The position numbers and the translations under genes were made by a program. From contig JAAOMT010000599.1 of assembly GCA_016748015.1 (NCBI GenBank), positions 248,001 to 312,000 of the forward strand: 64,000 nt of DNA. The letters run 5' to 3'. The notes beneath the pieces were generated by a model that did no database searches, was not told where the DNA came from, and worked only from the letters and a program-made list of their open reading frames with translations. Each line of letters starts with the position of its first letter. Positions within the stretch are counted from its first letter, which is position 1. This document shows, in pieces, positions 1-13,151 of the stretch. Source of the stretch: Geosiphon pyriformis uo1. Taxonomy: Eukaryota; Fungi; Glomeromycota.

Positions 1-3000
1 CTGGTGGGCAAGAAACAATGGATATTGCCTTGATTGCCCATGCTTTGGCTTTAAAGACTGGTGTACCAGTTTTGCATTTTTTCGATTCACATGCCCCTAA
101 ATTGGCTTCATCCGCCGCCTCCATTTCATCCGTTTCTTCAATAAAGTCTACTACATCTGAATATGAGAAACTGACATATTTTGGCAATGACATTATTAAG
201 AGACTTCTGCCAGAGGCAGATATTGTCAAATATAAAGAGTCGCGTCAGGCAAGTGAGGGAGACTACCAAAAAGAAATTTATTTTCGACCGGTAAAGGATG
301 CTACAGTAGAAACTGATTCTAATGAAAAATTTGATTATTTCGCTACTGCTGAGGAAATTTTTAGGCGCTTTAAATCAAATTCTGCCCGATCATATCATTG
401 CCTAGAATTCATTGGTAGTCCCGAAGCAAATTCGCTCCTTATAACTTTAGGTTCTGGATCGGTTTTGGTGCAACAAACTGTAAAGAAGTACCCCAGCTTA
501 AAAATTGCTATAATCAAAGTTAGACTTTATCGTCCATGGCCAGAAAAGTTACTGCTCAATGCCATTCCCAAATCTACAGAAAAGATTGCCATTTTAGAGC
601 AAGTGACTAAACGTACCATAAAGTGGACACCTTTATATTTAGATGTGATTGCATCATTTCAAAATCGCGAGTTATGGACCGGAGAAATTCCTATGGTTAC
701 AAGTGGGCAATATGGTTTATTAGATGAAAATTTAATTGATAACGCAGTTCTCGCTGTTTTCGAAAACCTTGCTTTAAGTGAACCGCGAAAAGATTTCATC
801 TTTGGAAGATTTCAGTCGCCAAAAGAGCTTCAAAGCATTAATAGTGTGGAGCCTGTAGGGTTCATAAAACCACCCGCACTTGAAACCTCTTATTTGAAAA
901 TGCTCCAGGAAATATTTTCGGATCGATTATTCATCGCAAATGCGACTTCTAAAGGAAATGTTGGACATTTGGAAACTCTTCAGTCTACGCCTGAATTTGG
1001 TTTTGGAGTTTTGATTTCAAAACTCCAAAATCGTACGCGATTCGCTGAACTTGTGTCACAACTTGTAAAAAATCCGTCCATCGATATTTCTGAGCCTTTA
1101 CACAGTGTACTGTCCCTATGGCTTTTGCACAAAGAAGATGCAGAACTATCAAAAAGTTATGGAAATTCAGCCATCGATCTACTAATCGAATCTCACCAAA
1201 CTCATCCTATTTTACATAAAATTTTTGAGCACAAAGACCAATTTATCAAACCAGCGCAATGGCTTGTTGGTTCAGATGCATGGTCCTATGATATTGGGGG
1301 TTCTGGTGTTCACCATGTTATATCATCTGGAAAGGATATCAATTTATTGATCATTGATTCTCAACCATATACCAAACGAACAGCGGCTGACCCTGAAAAG
1401 CGTAAAAAAGATATTGGCCTTTATGCCATGAATTATGGTGATGTATATGTTGCATCAGTAGCCTTATATTCTTCATATACTCAAGTATTGCACGCGTTAA
1501 TTGAAGCCGAAAAGTTTCAAGGTCCCTCCATTGTGCTTGCTTATTTACCATATCACAGCGAGAATGACACAACAATCACAGTTCTGCAAGAGACAAAACT
1601 AGCTATTGATAGCGGATATTGGCCTTTGTATAGATGGAATCCTGCACTAGAAAAAGAAGGAAAAGAGCCATTCACTTTGGACTCTGAGCGTATAAAACAA
1701 GATCTACAAGCTTTCTTAGATCGGGAAAACCATCTAACTCAAATTGTAAATACTAATCCAGAGTTGTCTTCTCTACTAACATCCTCGTTAGAAGCAGAAA
1801 TTGCTTCACGTCAAAAATTACGTGCGAAATCCGCTTACGAAAAGTTATTAGATGGATTAACTGGGCCGCCTCTCTTAATACTTTTCGGATCTGATAACGG
1901 GAATGCTGAAGGAGTTGCACGTAGATTACAAAAAGGAGCAGTAGCGCGGGGAGTTAATGCTAGATGCATGGCAATGGATGAGTATCTATTTGAGGAATTG
2001 CCCACCGAAAAAAATTTGGTATTTGTTGTATGCACAGCTGGACAGGGAGAATTTCCACAAAATGCACGAGATTTTTGGAAAACGATATCATCTACTACTG
2101 ATATTTCATTGTTGGAAACGAGATATACCGTGTTTGGATTGGGTGATAGCCATTATTGGCCTCGAGAAGAAGATAAAATATATTATAATAAACCTGGGAA
2201 AGATTTGGACGCTCGCTTGGAGTTACTCGGCGGGCAACGGTTATTGCACCTTGGCTTAGGTGATGATCAAGATCCAGATGGATATGAAACCGGGTTTCAG
2301 GCTTGGGAACCTGAACTTTGGAAATCGCTTGGTGTTAAACTGTTGGGCTCTGTTGTGGAAGAAAAGAGCAAAACAGATGATGATTTGAAAGTCGAATCAC
2401 GATTTTTGAGAGGTACAATTGTTCAAGGATTAGAAGACACTTCAACTGGAGCTTTATCTGAAGCAGACACCAAATTAACTAAATTTCATGGAATATATCA
2501 ACAGGATGATCGTGATTTGCGAGATGAACGTAAAGCACAAGGTCTTGAAAAGGCATATAGCTTTATGGTTCGAGTACGCGTACCTGGAGGGGTCTCCACT
2601 TCAGATCAGTGGATTGCAATGGATGAGGTTGCGACTAATTACTCTAGCGGGTCTCTCAAGCTCACAACCCGGCAAGCTTATCAATTACATGGTGTCTTGA
2701 AACGTAATCTAAAATCTGCGATTAGAGGCATCAACAAATGCTTACTAGATAGTCTTGCAGCATGTGGAGATGTCAACCGCAATGTTATGTGTAATCCAAA
2801 TCCATACTTGTCCGAAATACACGGACAAGTATACGAATTCTCCAAAAAATTGAGTTCTCACCTAACTCCTCAGACTTCTGCATATCATGAAATTTGGCTG
2901 GATGACAAACTTGTGGCTGGACAAGCTGTCCAAGATTATGAACCTTTATATGGCCCTACTTATCTACCCCGAAAATTCAAGATAGCTATTGCGGTACCTC

Positions 3001-4046
3001 CGAATAATGATGTTGATGTTTTTGCTCATGATTTAGGATTTATTGCAATTTCTGATGAAAATGGGAAATTGGTTGGATATAATGTTTCGGTGGGAGGTGG
3101 AATGGGGATGACTCACAACAATAAAAAAACATATCCGCGATTGGGTGACATTATTGGATTTTGTACACCTGAACAAGGGATTGAAGTGGCTGAAAAAGTA
3201 ATGCTTGTTCAACGCGATTTTGGCGATCGTACTAATCGTAAACATGCACGCTTAAAATATACTATTGATGATCGTAGCGTAGAATGGTTTGTCGAAGAAT
3301 TAGAGAAGCGTCTTGGATTTAGCCTACAACCTAAAAGACAATATACCTTTGAAAATAACGCGGATAGATATGGGTGGACACAAGGTGTTAATGACAATTG
3401 GCACTTTTGTATGTACATCGAAAATGGACGTGTGAAAGATTTCCCCAGTGCTCCAATTAAAACTGGCCTTCGTGAGATTGCTAAATTGCACAAATGCGAT
3501 TTCCGCTTAACACCCAATCAGCATTTGATCCTCGGTAATATCGCAGAAACAGATAAGCCCGAGATTGAGGCTTTACTCAAAAAATATCAATTAGATAATT
3601 TACAGTTCACTGCGTTACGATTGAACTCAATGGCATGTGTCGCATTACCTACCTGTGGTTTAGCGATGGCCGAATCAGAGAGATACCTTCCCACACTTGT
3701 AGAAAAATTAGAGTCCACAATTGAAGAGGCTGGATTGCGCGAGGATGCAATCACAATACGCATGACTGGATGCCCGAATGGTTGTGCAAGACCTTATGTT
3801 GCCGAGATCGCATTCGTTGGAAAGGCCCCTGGAACTTACAATTTATATCTTGGAGGAGGTTTCCAAGGGCAACGATTGAACAAGTTGTACAAGGAGAGTT
3901 TAAAAGAGGATGAGATATTAAAAGAGTTAAGACCTATTTTGCATCGATATGTAAAGGAACGAGTGGACGACGAGCGCTTTGGCGATTTTGTGATTCGTAT
4001 GGGATATGTTAATGCTACCACTGCTGGAAAAGATTTCCATGACTAA
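1..4046 (+). CDS. MET5: Sulfite reductase (NADPH) beta/hemoprotein subunit, 5'-truncated by the window edge
   Basis: 1342-aa ORF whose frame is open to the window start ([10 protein letters not shown]). PFOR-like N-terminal region, flavodoxin domain ([24 protein letters not shown]), NIR/SIR domains ([19 protein letters not shown]) and siroheme/4Fe-4S cysteines CVALPTC and GCPNGC. Confidence 0.96.
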   Translation, partial: GGQETMDIALIAHALALKTGVPVLHFFDSHAPKLASSAASISSVSSIKSTTSEYEKLTYFGNDIIKRLLPEADIVKYKESRQASEGDYQKEIYFRPVKDATVETDSNEKFDYFATAEEIFRRFKSNSARSYHCLEFIGSPEANSLLITLGSGSVLVQQTVKKYPSLKIAIIKVRLYRPWPEKLLLNAIPKSTEKIAILEQVTKRTIKWTPLYLDVIASFQNRELWTGEIPMVTSGQYGLLDENLIDNAVLAVFENLALSEPRKDFIFGRFQSPKELQSINSVEPVGFIKPPALETSYLKMLQEIFSDRLFIANATSKGNVGHLETLQSTPEFGFGVLISKLQNRTRFAELVSQLVKNPSIDISEPLHSVLSLWLLHKEDAELSKSYGNSAIDLLIESHQTHPILHKIFEHKDQFIKPAQWLVGSDAWSYDIGGSGVHHVISSGKDINLLIIDSQPYTKRTAADPEKRKKDIGLYAMNYGDVYVASVALYSSYTQVLHALIEAEKFQGPSIVLAYLPYHSENDTTITVLQETKLAIDSGYWPLYRWNPALEKEGKEPFTLDSERIKQDLQAFLDRENHLTQIVNTNPELSSLLTSSLEAEIASRQKLRAKSAYEKLLDGLTGPPLLILFGSDNGNAEGVARRLQKGAVARGVNARCMAMDEYLFEELPTEKNLVFVVCTAGQGEFPQNARDFWKTISSTTDISLLETRYTVFGLGDSHYWPREEDKIYYNKPGKDLDARLELLGGQRLLHLGLGDDQDPDGYETGFQAWEPELWKSLGVKLLGSVVEEKSKTDDDLKVESRFLRGTIVQGLEDTSTGALSEADTKLTKFHGIYQQDDRDLRDERKAQGLEKAYSFMVRVRVPGGVSTSDQWIAMDEVATNYSSGSLKLTTRQAYQLHGVLKRNLKSAIRGINKCLLDSLAACGDVNRNVMCNPNPYLSEIHGQVYEFSKKLSSHLTPQTSAYHEIWLDDKLVAGQAVQDYEPLYGPTYLPRKFKIAIAVPPNNDVDVFAHDLGFIAISDENGKLVGYNVSVGGGMGMTHNNKKTYPRLGDIIGFCTPEQGIEVAEKVMLVQRDFGDRTNRKHARLKYTIDDRSVEWFVEELEKRLGFSLQPKRQYTFENNADRYGWTQGVNDNWHFCMYIENGRVKDFPSAPIKTGLREIAKLHKCDFRLTPNQHLILGNIAETDKPEIEALLKKYQLDNLQFTALRLNSMACVALPTCGLAMAESERYLPTLVEKLESTIEEAGLREDAITIRMTGCPNGCARPYVAEIAFVGKAPGTYNLYLGGGFQGQRLNKLYKESLKEDEILKELRPILHRYVKERVDDERFGDFVIRMGYVNATTAGKDFHD

Positions 4047-4763
4047 GAACCGCGAAATAATCAAAAAATAATTATTCCATCATATAATCAGTAAATTTCT
4101 TGGGGTTTACTTTCATCATTTAGTTTACTATGATGGTTTTAATTTTCCCCAAGCTCAATCATGGACTATGCTATTTTTTATTGATTTCTGACTGCACATA
4201 TGGTTTTTCACAATGAAAGTGCCTACTTTAAATCGATATTTAATTAAGACATGCACTAATGCTGTAGTTAAATTGGTTTCCCTCCATTGAGATCTAATAA
4301 ATTTCTCGCAAAGAAAATCCGTGCTTTTTATATTTAAAAACCGTCGTGAATCCTGATCAAATAAAATTTTGATTTAAATTTGCTGTAGTACAGTTATTTG
4401 TTGGGTATTTCGATACAGAGTCGAAGTTTTTAATTAAATTTTCAACCCCTTTTATTAACTATTCCAAAGACCTAGGAAAATGAAAGTAATAATGAGTTAC
4501 AGAACTATAACCAAAATTCATGATCCTCTACCATCACCTAGCGGGTTTCTTATTCGCTCAGCCGCCAAAGATTGAAAGGCATCGGACCGCGTGACATCAT
4601 CGCTCGACAAGGATTACTGGCTAATTGGTCCAAAATTCTAAATTTGTACAACTCTGCAATATTATATCAGACTTGGCAATTTCTAAGTCAGTTAACTGAT
4701 TAACAATTTCGCGTTTGCCCGAATCAAACTAAGTTATAAGAGGTAGGGGCTTTCCCGTTTTCC

Positions 4764-6302
4764 ATGGCAAAGTATACCCCTCTCCACAGCGTAGAGAACG
4801 AAGAGTTCTCACCAGAAAAACACAATCCCTTCCCACAACAGTCCCACAATCACCTCCGTTACTCCACATCTCAACAACAACAAGAGGCTTATTTCCAATT
4901 CCAAAGGAGAAGACGGAAGCAACTCTTCTTTTTTCTTCTTTTCTTTATCGTTGGTATTTCTCTTTGGACGACGATTCCAGTGTATTTCTTTCATTCCGAC
5001 ACAGAGGACACTTCAAAAACTTCTCACGGCATACAGAAGCATATAGAAGATCAAGATTTGATAATGGCGGGTCGTAAACATATTAACGCTGCCTATTTTG
5101 TCTCATGGGGTATCTATGCAAGAGAACACACCGTGTCAAAAGTAGATGCAGAGAAAATCTCGAATCTTTTGTATGCTTTTGCCAACTTACGTGAGGACGG
5201 TGAAGTGTTTTTGGGTGATCCATGGGCGGATATCGAGAAACATTTTGATGGAGATTCCTGGAATGATCAGGGTACAAATCTGTATGGCAATTTCAAACAA
5301 TTGGGATTGTTGAAGAAACGATATCGTCATTTGAAAGTGAGTTTGTCCATTGGTGGTTGGACTTGGAGCACAAATTTCGCCGGGGTTGTTGCTAACCCTG
5401 ACGCAAGAAAAAAGTTCGTGGCTACGTCAATGGAACTTTTGAATGATTTAGGCTTAGATGGGTTGGATAGTAAGTAAATTGATATTTATCCGTTCTAGTC
5501 TATTTTCAACTACTAATCATTGGCATTTTTATAAATAGTCGATTGGGAATATCCTAAAGATAGTCAAGAAGCAAAGAATTTTGTTACCTTGTTAAAAGAA
5601 CTTAGACATGCACTGGACTTATATGCAGAGTCGAAAAATGAAACCAATCGCTATTTATTGTCTGCTGCTGTACCATGTGGCGAGGCCAAATATAAAGTAA
5701 TGCGTCTGGAAGAAATGAATAAATATCTCGATATATTTTATTTGATGGCATATGATTTTGAAGGGGCATGGTCAAGCCGGGCGAATCATCAATCAAATCT
5801 TTATAATGGTGAAGTTTCAACAGATAAGGCTGTTAGATATTACTTGAAACAAGGAATTCTATCTCACAAAATTATCTTGGGAATTCCAATGTATGGCCGC
5901 GCCTTCAAAAATACCAAAGGACTTGGGCACTCGTTCAATGGGGTGGGTGAGGGCACGTGGGAACAAGGTATTCATGATTATAAACGATTACCACGCCCTG
6001 GAGCCGTTGAATATTTTGATGAGAAAGCAATAGCTAGTTATAGTTACGATCCAGATGCCCGGGAATTGATCACTTATGATACACCACAAGTGGTTCAATA
6101 CAAATGTCGATATATTTACGAGAAAGAATTGGGTGGTTCAATGTTTTGGGAATTGAGTGGTGATTATGCCACCGATCATGAACGTTCTTTGCTTGCTGCT
6201 GCTTATCGCGGATTAGGTGGCGCTGGTGTTTTGGAGAATTCGGATAATCATATGTCATATCCCAATAGTAAATACGAAAATGTCAAAAATCAGTATAATT
6301 AA
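4764..6302 (+). CDS. GH18 chitinase with an N-terminal transmembrane anchor; exons 4764-5469 and 5539-6302
   Basis: Removing GT-AG intron 5470-5538 rebuilds the catalytic motif DGLDIDWEYP. Also SIGGWT, LMAYDF, MFWELSGD. Hydrophobic segment LFFFLLFFIVGISLWTTIPVYFF follows RRRRK. Confidence 0.95.
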
Positions 6303-6655
6303 AATGTATATTATAATAATTCTGAAATCTAGTTATTTCATTTGAGATAGTTTGACAAATTTATTGTAAGTGAACAGATCTTCAGTGAAAACGGTTTAGA
6401 AAAGCCATAAGCGAATCCATGTGTAAATTAGTCAGCGAGACACAATCACCATTAATACTTTAAATTTTAGTTAATACAAATCTGCTACAAATTTAAATAG
6501 ATCCTTGTTCTTTGAAATTGAAAGGGATTCGAGTGCTAATAGCCATAAAGCATATACTTTAAATTCTAATTTGTGTTAATGTAAAAATTTCCATTTCAAC
6601 TCACCTATGATTTACGAAAACAACCCAAACCATTCGTCTTGGTGGTTTTGAAATT

Positions 6656-8874
6656 TTAACGTTCAGCTGGTTCAGCTTCACCTTCCGCTTCCACGGGCCC
6701 AGGTTGAGCTTGTTGACCACCCCGCTTTTTAGAGGAAGTACCACTAACTATATCGTCTACTCGTAGAAGCAAAGAGGCACTCTAAATATTTAAAATTGTA
6801 ATAATGGGTCAAATTCGAGGATCGCATGAAACATTCAATAGAAATTAAGCATTGAAATTTGACCTCAATTGCCGTTTTGATAGTTTGAACTTTGACTACA
6901 TTTGGCTCCCAAATGCCATACTCATTCATATCAACGACCGCTCCAGTGAGGCCATCAATACCCCATGTGTGATTTCCGGTTGCGTGTTTTGCCTAAAAAT
7001 ACCGAGCTATGTTTAATTTAAATTTGAGTGTCTTTTAAAATTATCGTAAAGTTGAGATAAATGTACCCTTAATTGAGTCAAAACTTTTATTGCGTTACCA
7101 CCACAATTCTGGATTAATGTTCTTGGAATTACTTCAAGAGATTCGGCGACACCTCTATAGGGCCATTGTTTCAACCCCTCCAGGGTTTTTGCTTTTTCGG
7201 ATAATCTCACACTGACTGCCATTTCCGTTGCACCTCCACCTGGTGCCAAAAGTGGATTGAAAAATACATTCCGGGCGACGCTCATAGCATCCTGGAGATT
7301 TCTTTCAACTTCATTCAAAATATCCTTGGATGGTCCACGAAGAAGAATTGTACATGCTTTAGGATTTTTGCATTTAGTAAGGAAGGTGAAGTATCTATTA
7401 ATCAAGTAAAAAAATTAAAGAAAAATGTCATAATTTTAACAACTTAAGGATCTGGAAGAAAACATTGCTATTATCTACTCACTCATCACCAATCTTTTCT
7501 ACTGAAAAGAGCCCACAACCCACCCCAACATCATTTTCCTTTAAATCTTCAACACGGTTAACTATTGTTGCCCCTATTGCGCGCGCAATTCGATTATTAT
7601 CGGTTTTACGAACTCGGCGAATTGCCGTAATATTGGCTTTCAGAAGGTAGTGTTGAGCAAGGTCTATAAATTGGACAAAATAAAATTGAGCATTATCACA
7701 AAATAATTTTAATTACCAAAGATGCCAAGACTCACCAGAAACACCCTTTTCAGTGAAAACTAAATCTGGCTTGACAGATATGATCCTATCACACATTTCT
7801 TTGATCTGTTCCTCTTCAATTTCTAACAACCGACTCCAATGCCTCTCATCTATTATCTCTGCAGCCGTTTGCGACTCACCCTTTTTATATTCAAGAGGAC
7901 AATCTAGGAGTACAATACGAGGATTCTCTATTTTACGACGCATACTCGGATGGGTGACATCCTTGTTTAACATAATACCATCAAGAACCCTTGAATCTTC
8001 AATTTCACCACCGGGAACCTGCCAAAAATATGATAATTATTTTTGAGATAAAATATAGAATGGAAAATCAATCATCCCAAACCTTTTCAACTCTAGCGTA
8101 TCGTTTAATATCAACTTCGCGATTCCCATCTTCCTCTTTGGCAACTGTGCGAACAGCTTCTAAAGCTAGTTTGCATACCAAATCACTCCAGCGACTTACT
8201 AACTTTGTGCCAATCGCACTTTGCACTAATTTCAACATTTCCTCTTCATCGTCCACATTAATAGGTCTCGAGATTTCGTCAATTATTTCGATGGCATCCT
8301 CGAGAGCCTTTTTGAATGCGGAAATAATGACAATCGGATGGATATCTCTTTCAAGATATTGAAGGGATTGTGCGAGTACTTCACCAGCTTCGATTTTTGA
8401 AAACAGGTAACCATTCAAATTTGATAATTTGAGCGAGAAAATCGATCAAATCAGACCAATGGAAAAATTTCTACCCAAAATGATAACACTAGTTGTTCCA
8501 TCACCAACTTCTTCGTCCTGCGTCCGACTAAGCTCAATCATGCTTTTCGCAGCTGGATGGGCAACCTCGACTTCACGCAATATGGCGTTTCCATCGTTGG
8601 TGAGCACTATGCCACCCATGGGATCAAGAAGCATTTTAAGCATGGAGCGCGGCCCAAGACAAGTACGAATAATGTCCGCAACTGTTTTAGCAGCTGTTAT
8701 ATTGGAGACTTGGGCCTTACGGCCACTCTCCCGTTGTACGTTCGTGTCTATTAAAAAATAAGATATTTTCCAGATTCATTAAGCCGAAAAAACATCATCC
8801 AGAATTTGTACCTGCGCACAAGTTCATGTCACGAAGTAATGAAACTTACTCATTACAATCACAGGAGCTTGCAT
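6656..8874 (-). CDS. CCT3: T-complex protein 1 subunit gamma (CCT/TRiC chaperonin), multi-exon
   Basis: Starts MQAPVIVMN. Contains TNDGNAILREV, VGDGTTSV, LLDCPLEYKKGE, GGGATEM. Ends LLRVDDIVSG...AER* (stop 6656-6658). About 8 exons with GT-AG boundaries. Confidence 0.95.
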
Positions 8875-9133
8875 TTTTGGCGGAGTTTCTTAAAGACGCG
8901 ACGTAAGAGCCAGGCGAGAAAAGAGAAAGAAATATTTTTGTTGCTGTTTTTGCAATCTACAGATCAGCATAATAATTACATCATTCATAAGATCATCTGA
9001 TACCAAATTTCCTAATATACAACAATTTCCTTTTGTATCCATGTGATACTTCTGATTGGCTGTTGAGATCAGTGAAATGTGGTGACTATATTGATTGAAC
9101 AAACTCCCAAAATAGGCTGATCAGATCTTTACA
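8875..9133. promoter_or_regulatory. Bidirectional promoter between CCT3 and the tRNA thiouridylase gene
   Basis: 259 bp between divergent ATGs. CTGATTGG (CCAAT box on the minus strand) near 9052-9059. Confidence 0.65.
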
Positions 9134-11267
9134 ATGCAAAAGTACAAATTCAAGATGTTTGAGCCAAAATTCTGTCGAATGAATGCACGTTCATGGTTCC
9201 ATTCTAATATGTTTCCCAAGATTGGTAGTAAAGGTATCAATAAATTTTTGATTAAGAGAAGATATCTTTGATGATCTTCTGATATACCATTTAGTGGTAG
9301 TTGCTATGTCTGGAGGAGTTGATTCAAGTGTAACAGCCTACTTGTTGAAGAAGCAGGTAAAGATTAATCAAAATATGATTTGTTGACAAGAAAGATTTTT
9401 GAGAGTCAAGATCTTTATATAGGGATACGCGGTTGAGGGTGTTTATATGCAGAATTGGGATAAAGCTGATGAATTTGGCATTTGCATGAGTGAGAAAGAT
9501 TGGCAGGACGTTCAAAAAGTTTCTAATCAGTTGAAAATTCCTTGCAGAATGGTAAAATAACGGGTTACTTTGATTTTGTCTATGAATTGAATCCGAGATT
9601 GTTAAATATTTATACTTTGAATATCAAGGTTAATTTTACCAAAGAATATTGGTTAAAAGTTTTTACCAGGATGCTGGAAGACTATAGTAATGGTCGGACT
9701 CCTAATCCTGATGTTTTTTGTAATCGGGAAATCAAATTTGGCGCCTTTCTCGAAAAGCATACTACCTCATCATGGGGTGATGAAGTGCCCTGGATTGCAA
9801 CAGGTGATTAAAATAAAATAGATTCAAAGATTTGATTATTACTTCTGTTCATAGCATCTCGTATAATCTTATTTAGGCCATTATGTCCAGATTGAACGAA
9901 CCAAAAATGAAAAAGTAAAATTGATGCGCGGTACGTTGGCTTTTATTAATCTAAGTTTAATTTTTTTTTGCGACATCATGGCGTTATTATTACAATATTA
10001 TTTTTTGACACCTTTATTTCAAATATCCTAAAAGGATTAGATCTGAATAAGGACCAAAGTTATTACTTATCTACTGTTCCCGAACAAAGACTCCGAAAGG
10101 TAAGTGGAACCTTATTTTGAGATTTTTGATATAATTCATAGTAATCAAGATTTCAGGTTTTATTTCCTGTGGGTCACCTTCTGAAAAGCCAAGTCAAATC
10201 AATCGCACGATTTGCACAGCTGGTTACAGCCGATAAAACCGAGAGTATGGGATTATGTTTTGTGGGTCAAAAGGGTAAAAGATTTTCCAAGTTTCTGGAA
10301 CAATACATCCCAGATCGGCCTGGGAAGATTGTATCAAAAGAAGGAAAGGTACTTGGTAACGTATTTTACATTGGTTGTGAATTTCAATTTTCATATTGAA
10401 AACTTTTATCTTAATTTTAATCTAGGAGAACATCGTGGTTTGTTCGAATACACAATAGGTGAATGTGTACGGATAAATAGTGGCCCAAATCGGCATGTAA
10501 TTTAAATTTATTCCCAGTATTATCTTCAATGATTCCTTGCTTTCCGATAACCAGATTTATTTTGTAGATGGTACTTGCTTAGTAAAAATATTCAAGAAAA
10601 TACCCTCATAGTCGTACCTAATTCGTGAGTACCCTAATGCATCATTTTAAAAGAAAATTAATATTAGTTACCAAAATTTCCCTTTTCTTTTATAGGGAAA
10701 ATCCTTTACTCTACTCAAAAGGATTAATAGCTAGGGATTGGATATGGAACTGGGACTCACCTCCAGCAAACTTAAATAATGGTATTTTTATCTTTTATTT
10801 TAACTTTGAAACTATTTATAAGAAACTCAGAGGTTTCAATTGATAGGCATTGAGGCATTAGCACAAATAAGATATCGACAACCGGCTGGTAGGGTATTTT
10901 TTTTCCAAAGAAAACCATTTTCCCAAGTTATCTTTTAATCTCTAAAATCGCCTTTCTATACTACTAGAAAAATGCAGAATAATATCAAGGTTTAATCATT
11001 TCTCCTTTTCACTTTGTTTGGGTGGAATTAATTAACTAAATCCTCTTTTCAAAGATCTGATGCCAAGATTGAAGTTAATTTTGACAATCCAGTTCGAGCA
11101 ATTTCCCCCGGACAGGTAAGTCATCAATAAAATATTGAATCTAAGCGCTACATATTGTTAATGCAAACGCCTTGAATAACATCTTACTAAACATGGATTT
11201 CCAGTATGTTGTGGCTTGGCGAGAGAATTGGTGTCTTGGTGGCGGGATTATTGATTTTCCTTTATAA
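9134..11267 (+). CDS. SLM3: Mitochondrial tRNA-specific 2-thiouridylase (MnmA/TRMU/Mtu1 family), many short exons
   Basis: Spliced motifs [77 protein letters not shown]. Basic N-terminus could be a mitochondrial presequence. Start codon is tentative. Confidence 0.92.
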
Positions 11268-12230
11268 AAAAGTAATTTACTACTTCCCTTTATTTATCAT
11301 GTTAAGTGAAACATGTGAGATTATATCATTTAATCTGATATTTTAAAGTATAATCTCGATCAAAATTAGAAAATAAAAGCTACTTAAGAAATCTAGGCTA
11401 TTAATTCAAACCTAATTTTTCTTATTTTTCAACTTATATTATTTTGATAATAGATCATTACTTTTATATATTATCTCAGCACTTCACACAAAATTCTCTA
11501 TTTCTGCTTTCATCGCCTTAATGTGAATTTGCCACAATAAAATAATAGTTGAGTCATAACCCACTAAAAAGATTGAGAGATAAATATATACCACCCTTTA
11601 TTCATAGGAATTTCGTGAACTAGGAATTCGTCGTCTCACTGTACCTTATCCCGAAAAGGACCCAAGGATAGTTTACTTTCCGGGTTTCAAGGCTTCGACA
11701 TGATTTAATTTGATTTCGATTAAAATTGCCATATGATCTAATATTTATTTCTTTGTTTTTTTCCAGCAAATCTAAAAAACCAAATTTAAGTTAGCTCTAT
11801 CTTACTAACTATACCTTTAAATTTGAAAATTAAATAACTTTTTGCAAAAAATACTCACAAGATGTCTAGTGTTCTGTTTGGAACCTTTGCAAGTTCCTGA
11901 TCCGTTTTTCTTTCCATTTTCCATTCTATGAAAGTTTTTGTATGAAATTTTCTACATTTTATTCATAGCTTAATTTTTTTTATAAAAAAATGCTCAACTA
12001 CTTTTTGTTGATTGGCTTTAACAAATTATAGTTGAATGTGTTACTTTTATACTTTGGTGAAAAACCAGAGTTTTGAACTTTTAGTTTATTTTTCATTCCT
12101 ACAAATTCTATCCATGTAATTTTGCAATAAAATTCCCTTGATTAAGAGCCAGTTTTTTTTTGATCGATTATTGGAATTTTGCTTTAGAATAGACAACTAT
12201 TTTCAATGTTTTCGAATATTTTTAATGCCT

Positions 12231-13151
12231 TCACTCTTTTAATAGCTCCTCATTGGGTTTCTTCAAATTTCTAATGATTCGAGCTGGATTCCCCGCAACG
12301 ACGACGTAAGGTGGTACATCTTTGGTGACCTACCCAATATTACATAAATCAGTAAAAAATTTATAAAAATATATTACAAGAGATAATTCCTGATACAGTA
12401 CCACAGATCCGGCTCCAATTGTTGACTAAAACCGCAATTAAAAGTGAGAATTTTTAAAAAATAGAAAAGAAAAAAAGATGAAGAAACATACCCCATCACC
12501 AATGGTAATACCCGGTAAAATAATTGAACCGCCACCGATCCATACATCATTTCCAATCTTTTCAATTGAAATCAAAATCACATTATAGAGTTAAATATAA
12601 ATTCTCATTCAAACTAAAAAAAATCCACATACTTTAACAGGAAATGCCAACTCTGGTCCTTTGCCTCGTTCAATCGGGTCCACAGAGTGAGTAGCAGGGT
12701 ATATTGAAACATTGGGGCCAAATAACACTCGATCTCCAATTTCAACACGATTACAATCGGCAATGGTGCAATTAAAGTTGGCGTAAAATTCATCTCCGAT
12801 ATGAATGTTGTAGCCCTTTGGGGTGGGAGGTTTATAATTTATAGTATTAATATCACAATTAGGAAAAATAAAAGTTTAACATCATGTCCGACTCCTTACG
12901 TAATCACACCAAAACGGTGGTTCGATTTCGGCTTTCTCGCCAACACTACCCAACAATTCATGCATTAATAATTTTCGTTCCTCGGTTCGGACTGAACCTT
13001 CACCATCCCGTGATTTTGGGGCCGGGGGTGCTGAATTATTGAATTTTCGTAATAGCTCGCGTGCTCGAATTCGTTCATTAGTTAGTTCGACTGTGCTTGC
13101 TAGGTATGGAAGTCCGCCTAAAGCTTTTTCTTTTTCTGATAGATTGGACAT
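12231..13151 (-). CDS. Maltose/galactoside O-acetyltransferase family (left-handed beta-helix), about 5 exons
   Basis: MSNLSEKEKALGGLPY...IEPPFWCDY|GYNIHIGDEFYANFNCTIADC...FGPNVSIY...IGNDVWIGGGSIILPGITIGDG|STIGAGSV|VTKDVPPYVVVAGNPARII. An alternative ATG lies at 13163. Confidence 0.9.

Noticed and set aside
4688-4699. Perfect 12-bp palindrome TCAGTTAACTGA in the chitinase promoter
   Set aside because: A single short palindrome is expected by chance in 64 kb.
1351-8761. Small ORFs overlapping MET5, the chitinase and CCT3
   Set aside because: Antisense or alternate-frame shadows of real genes.
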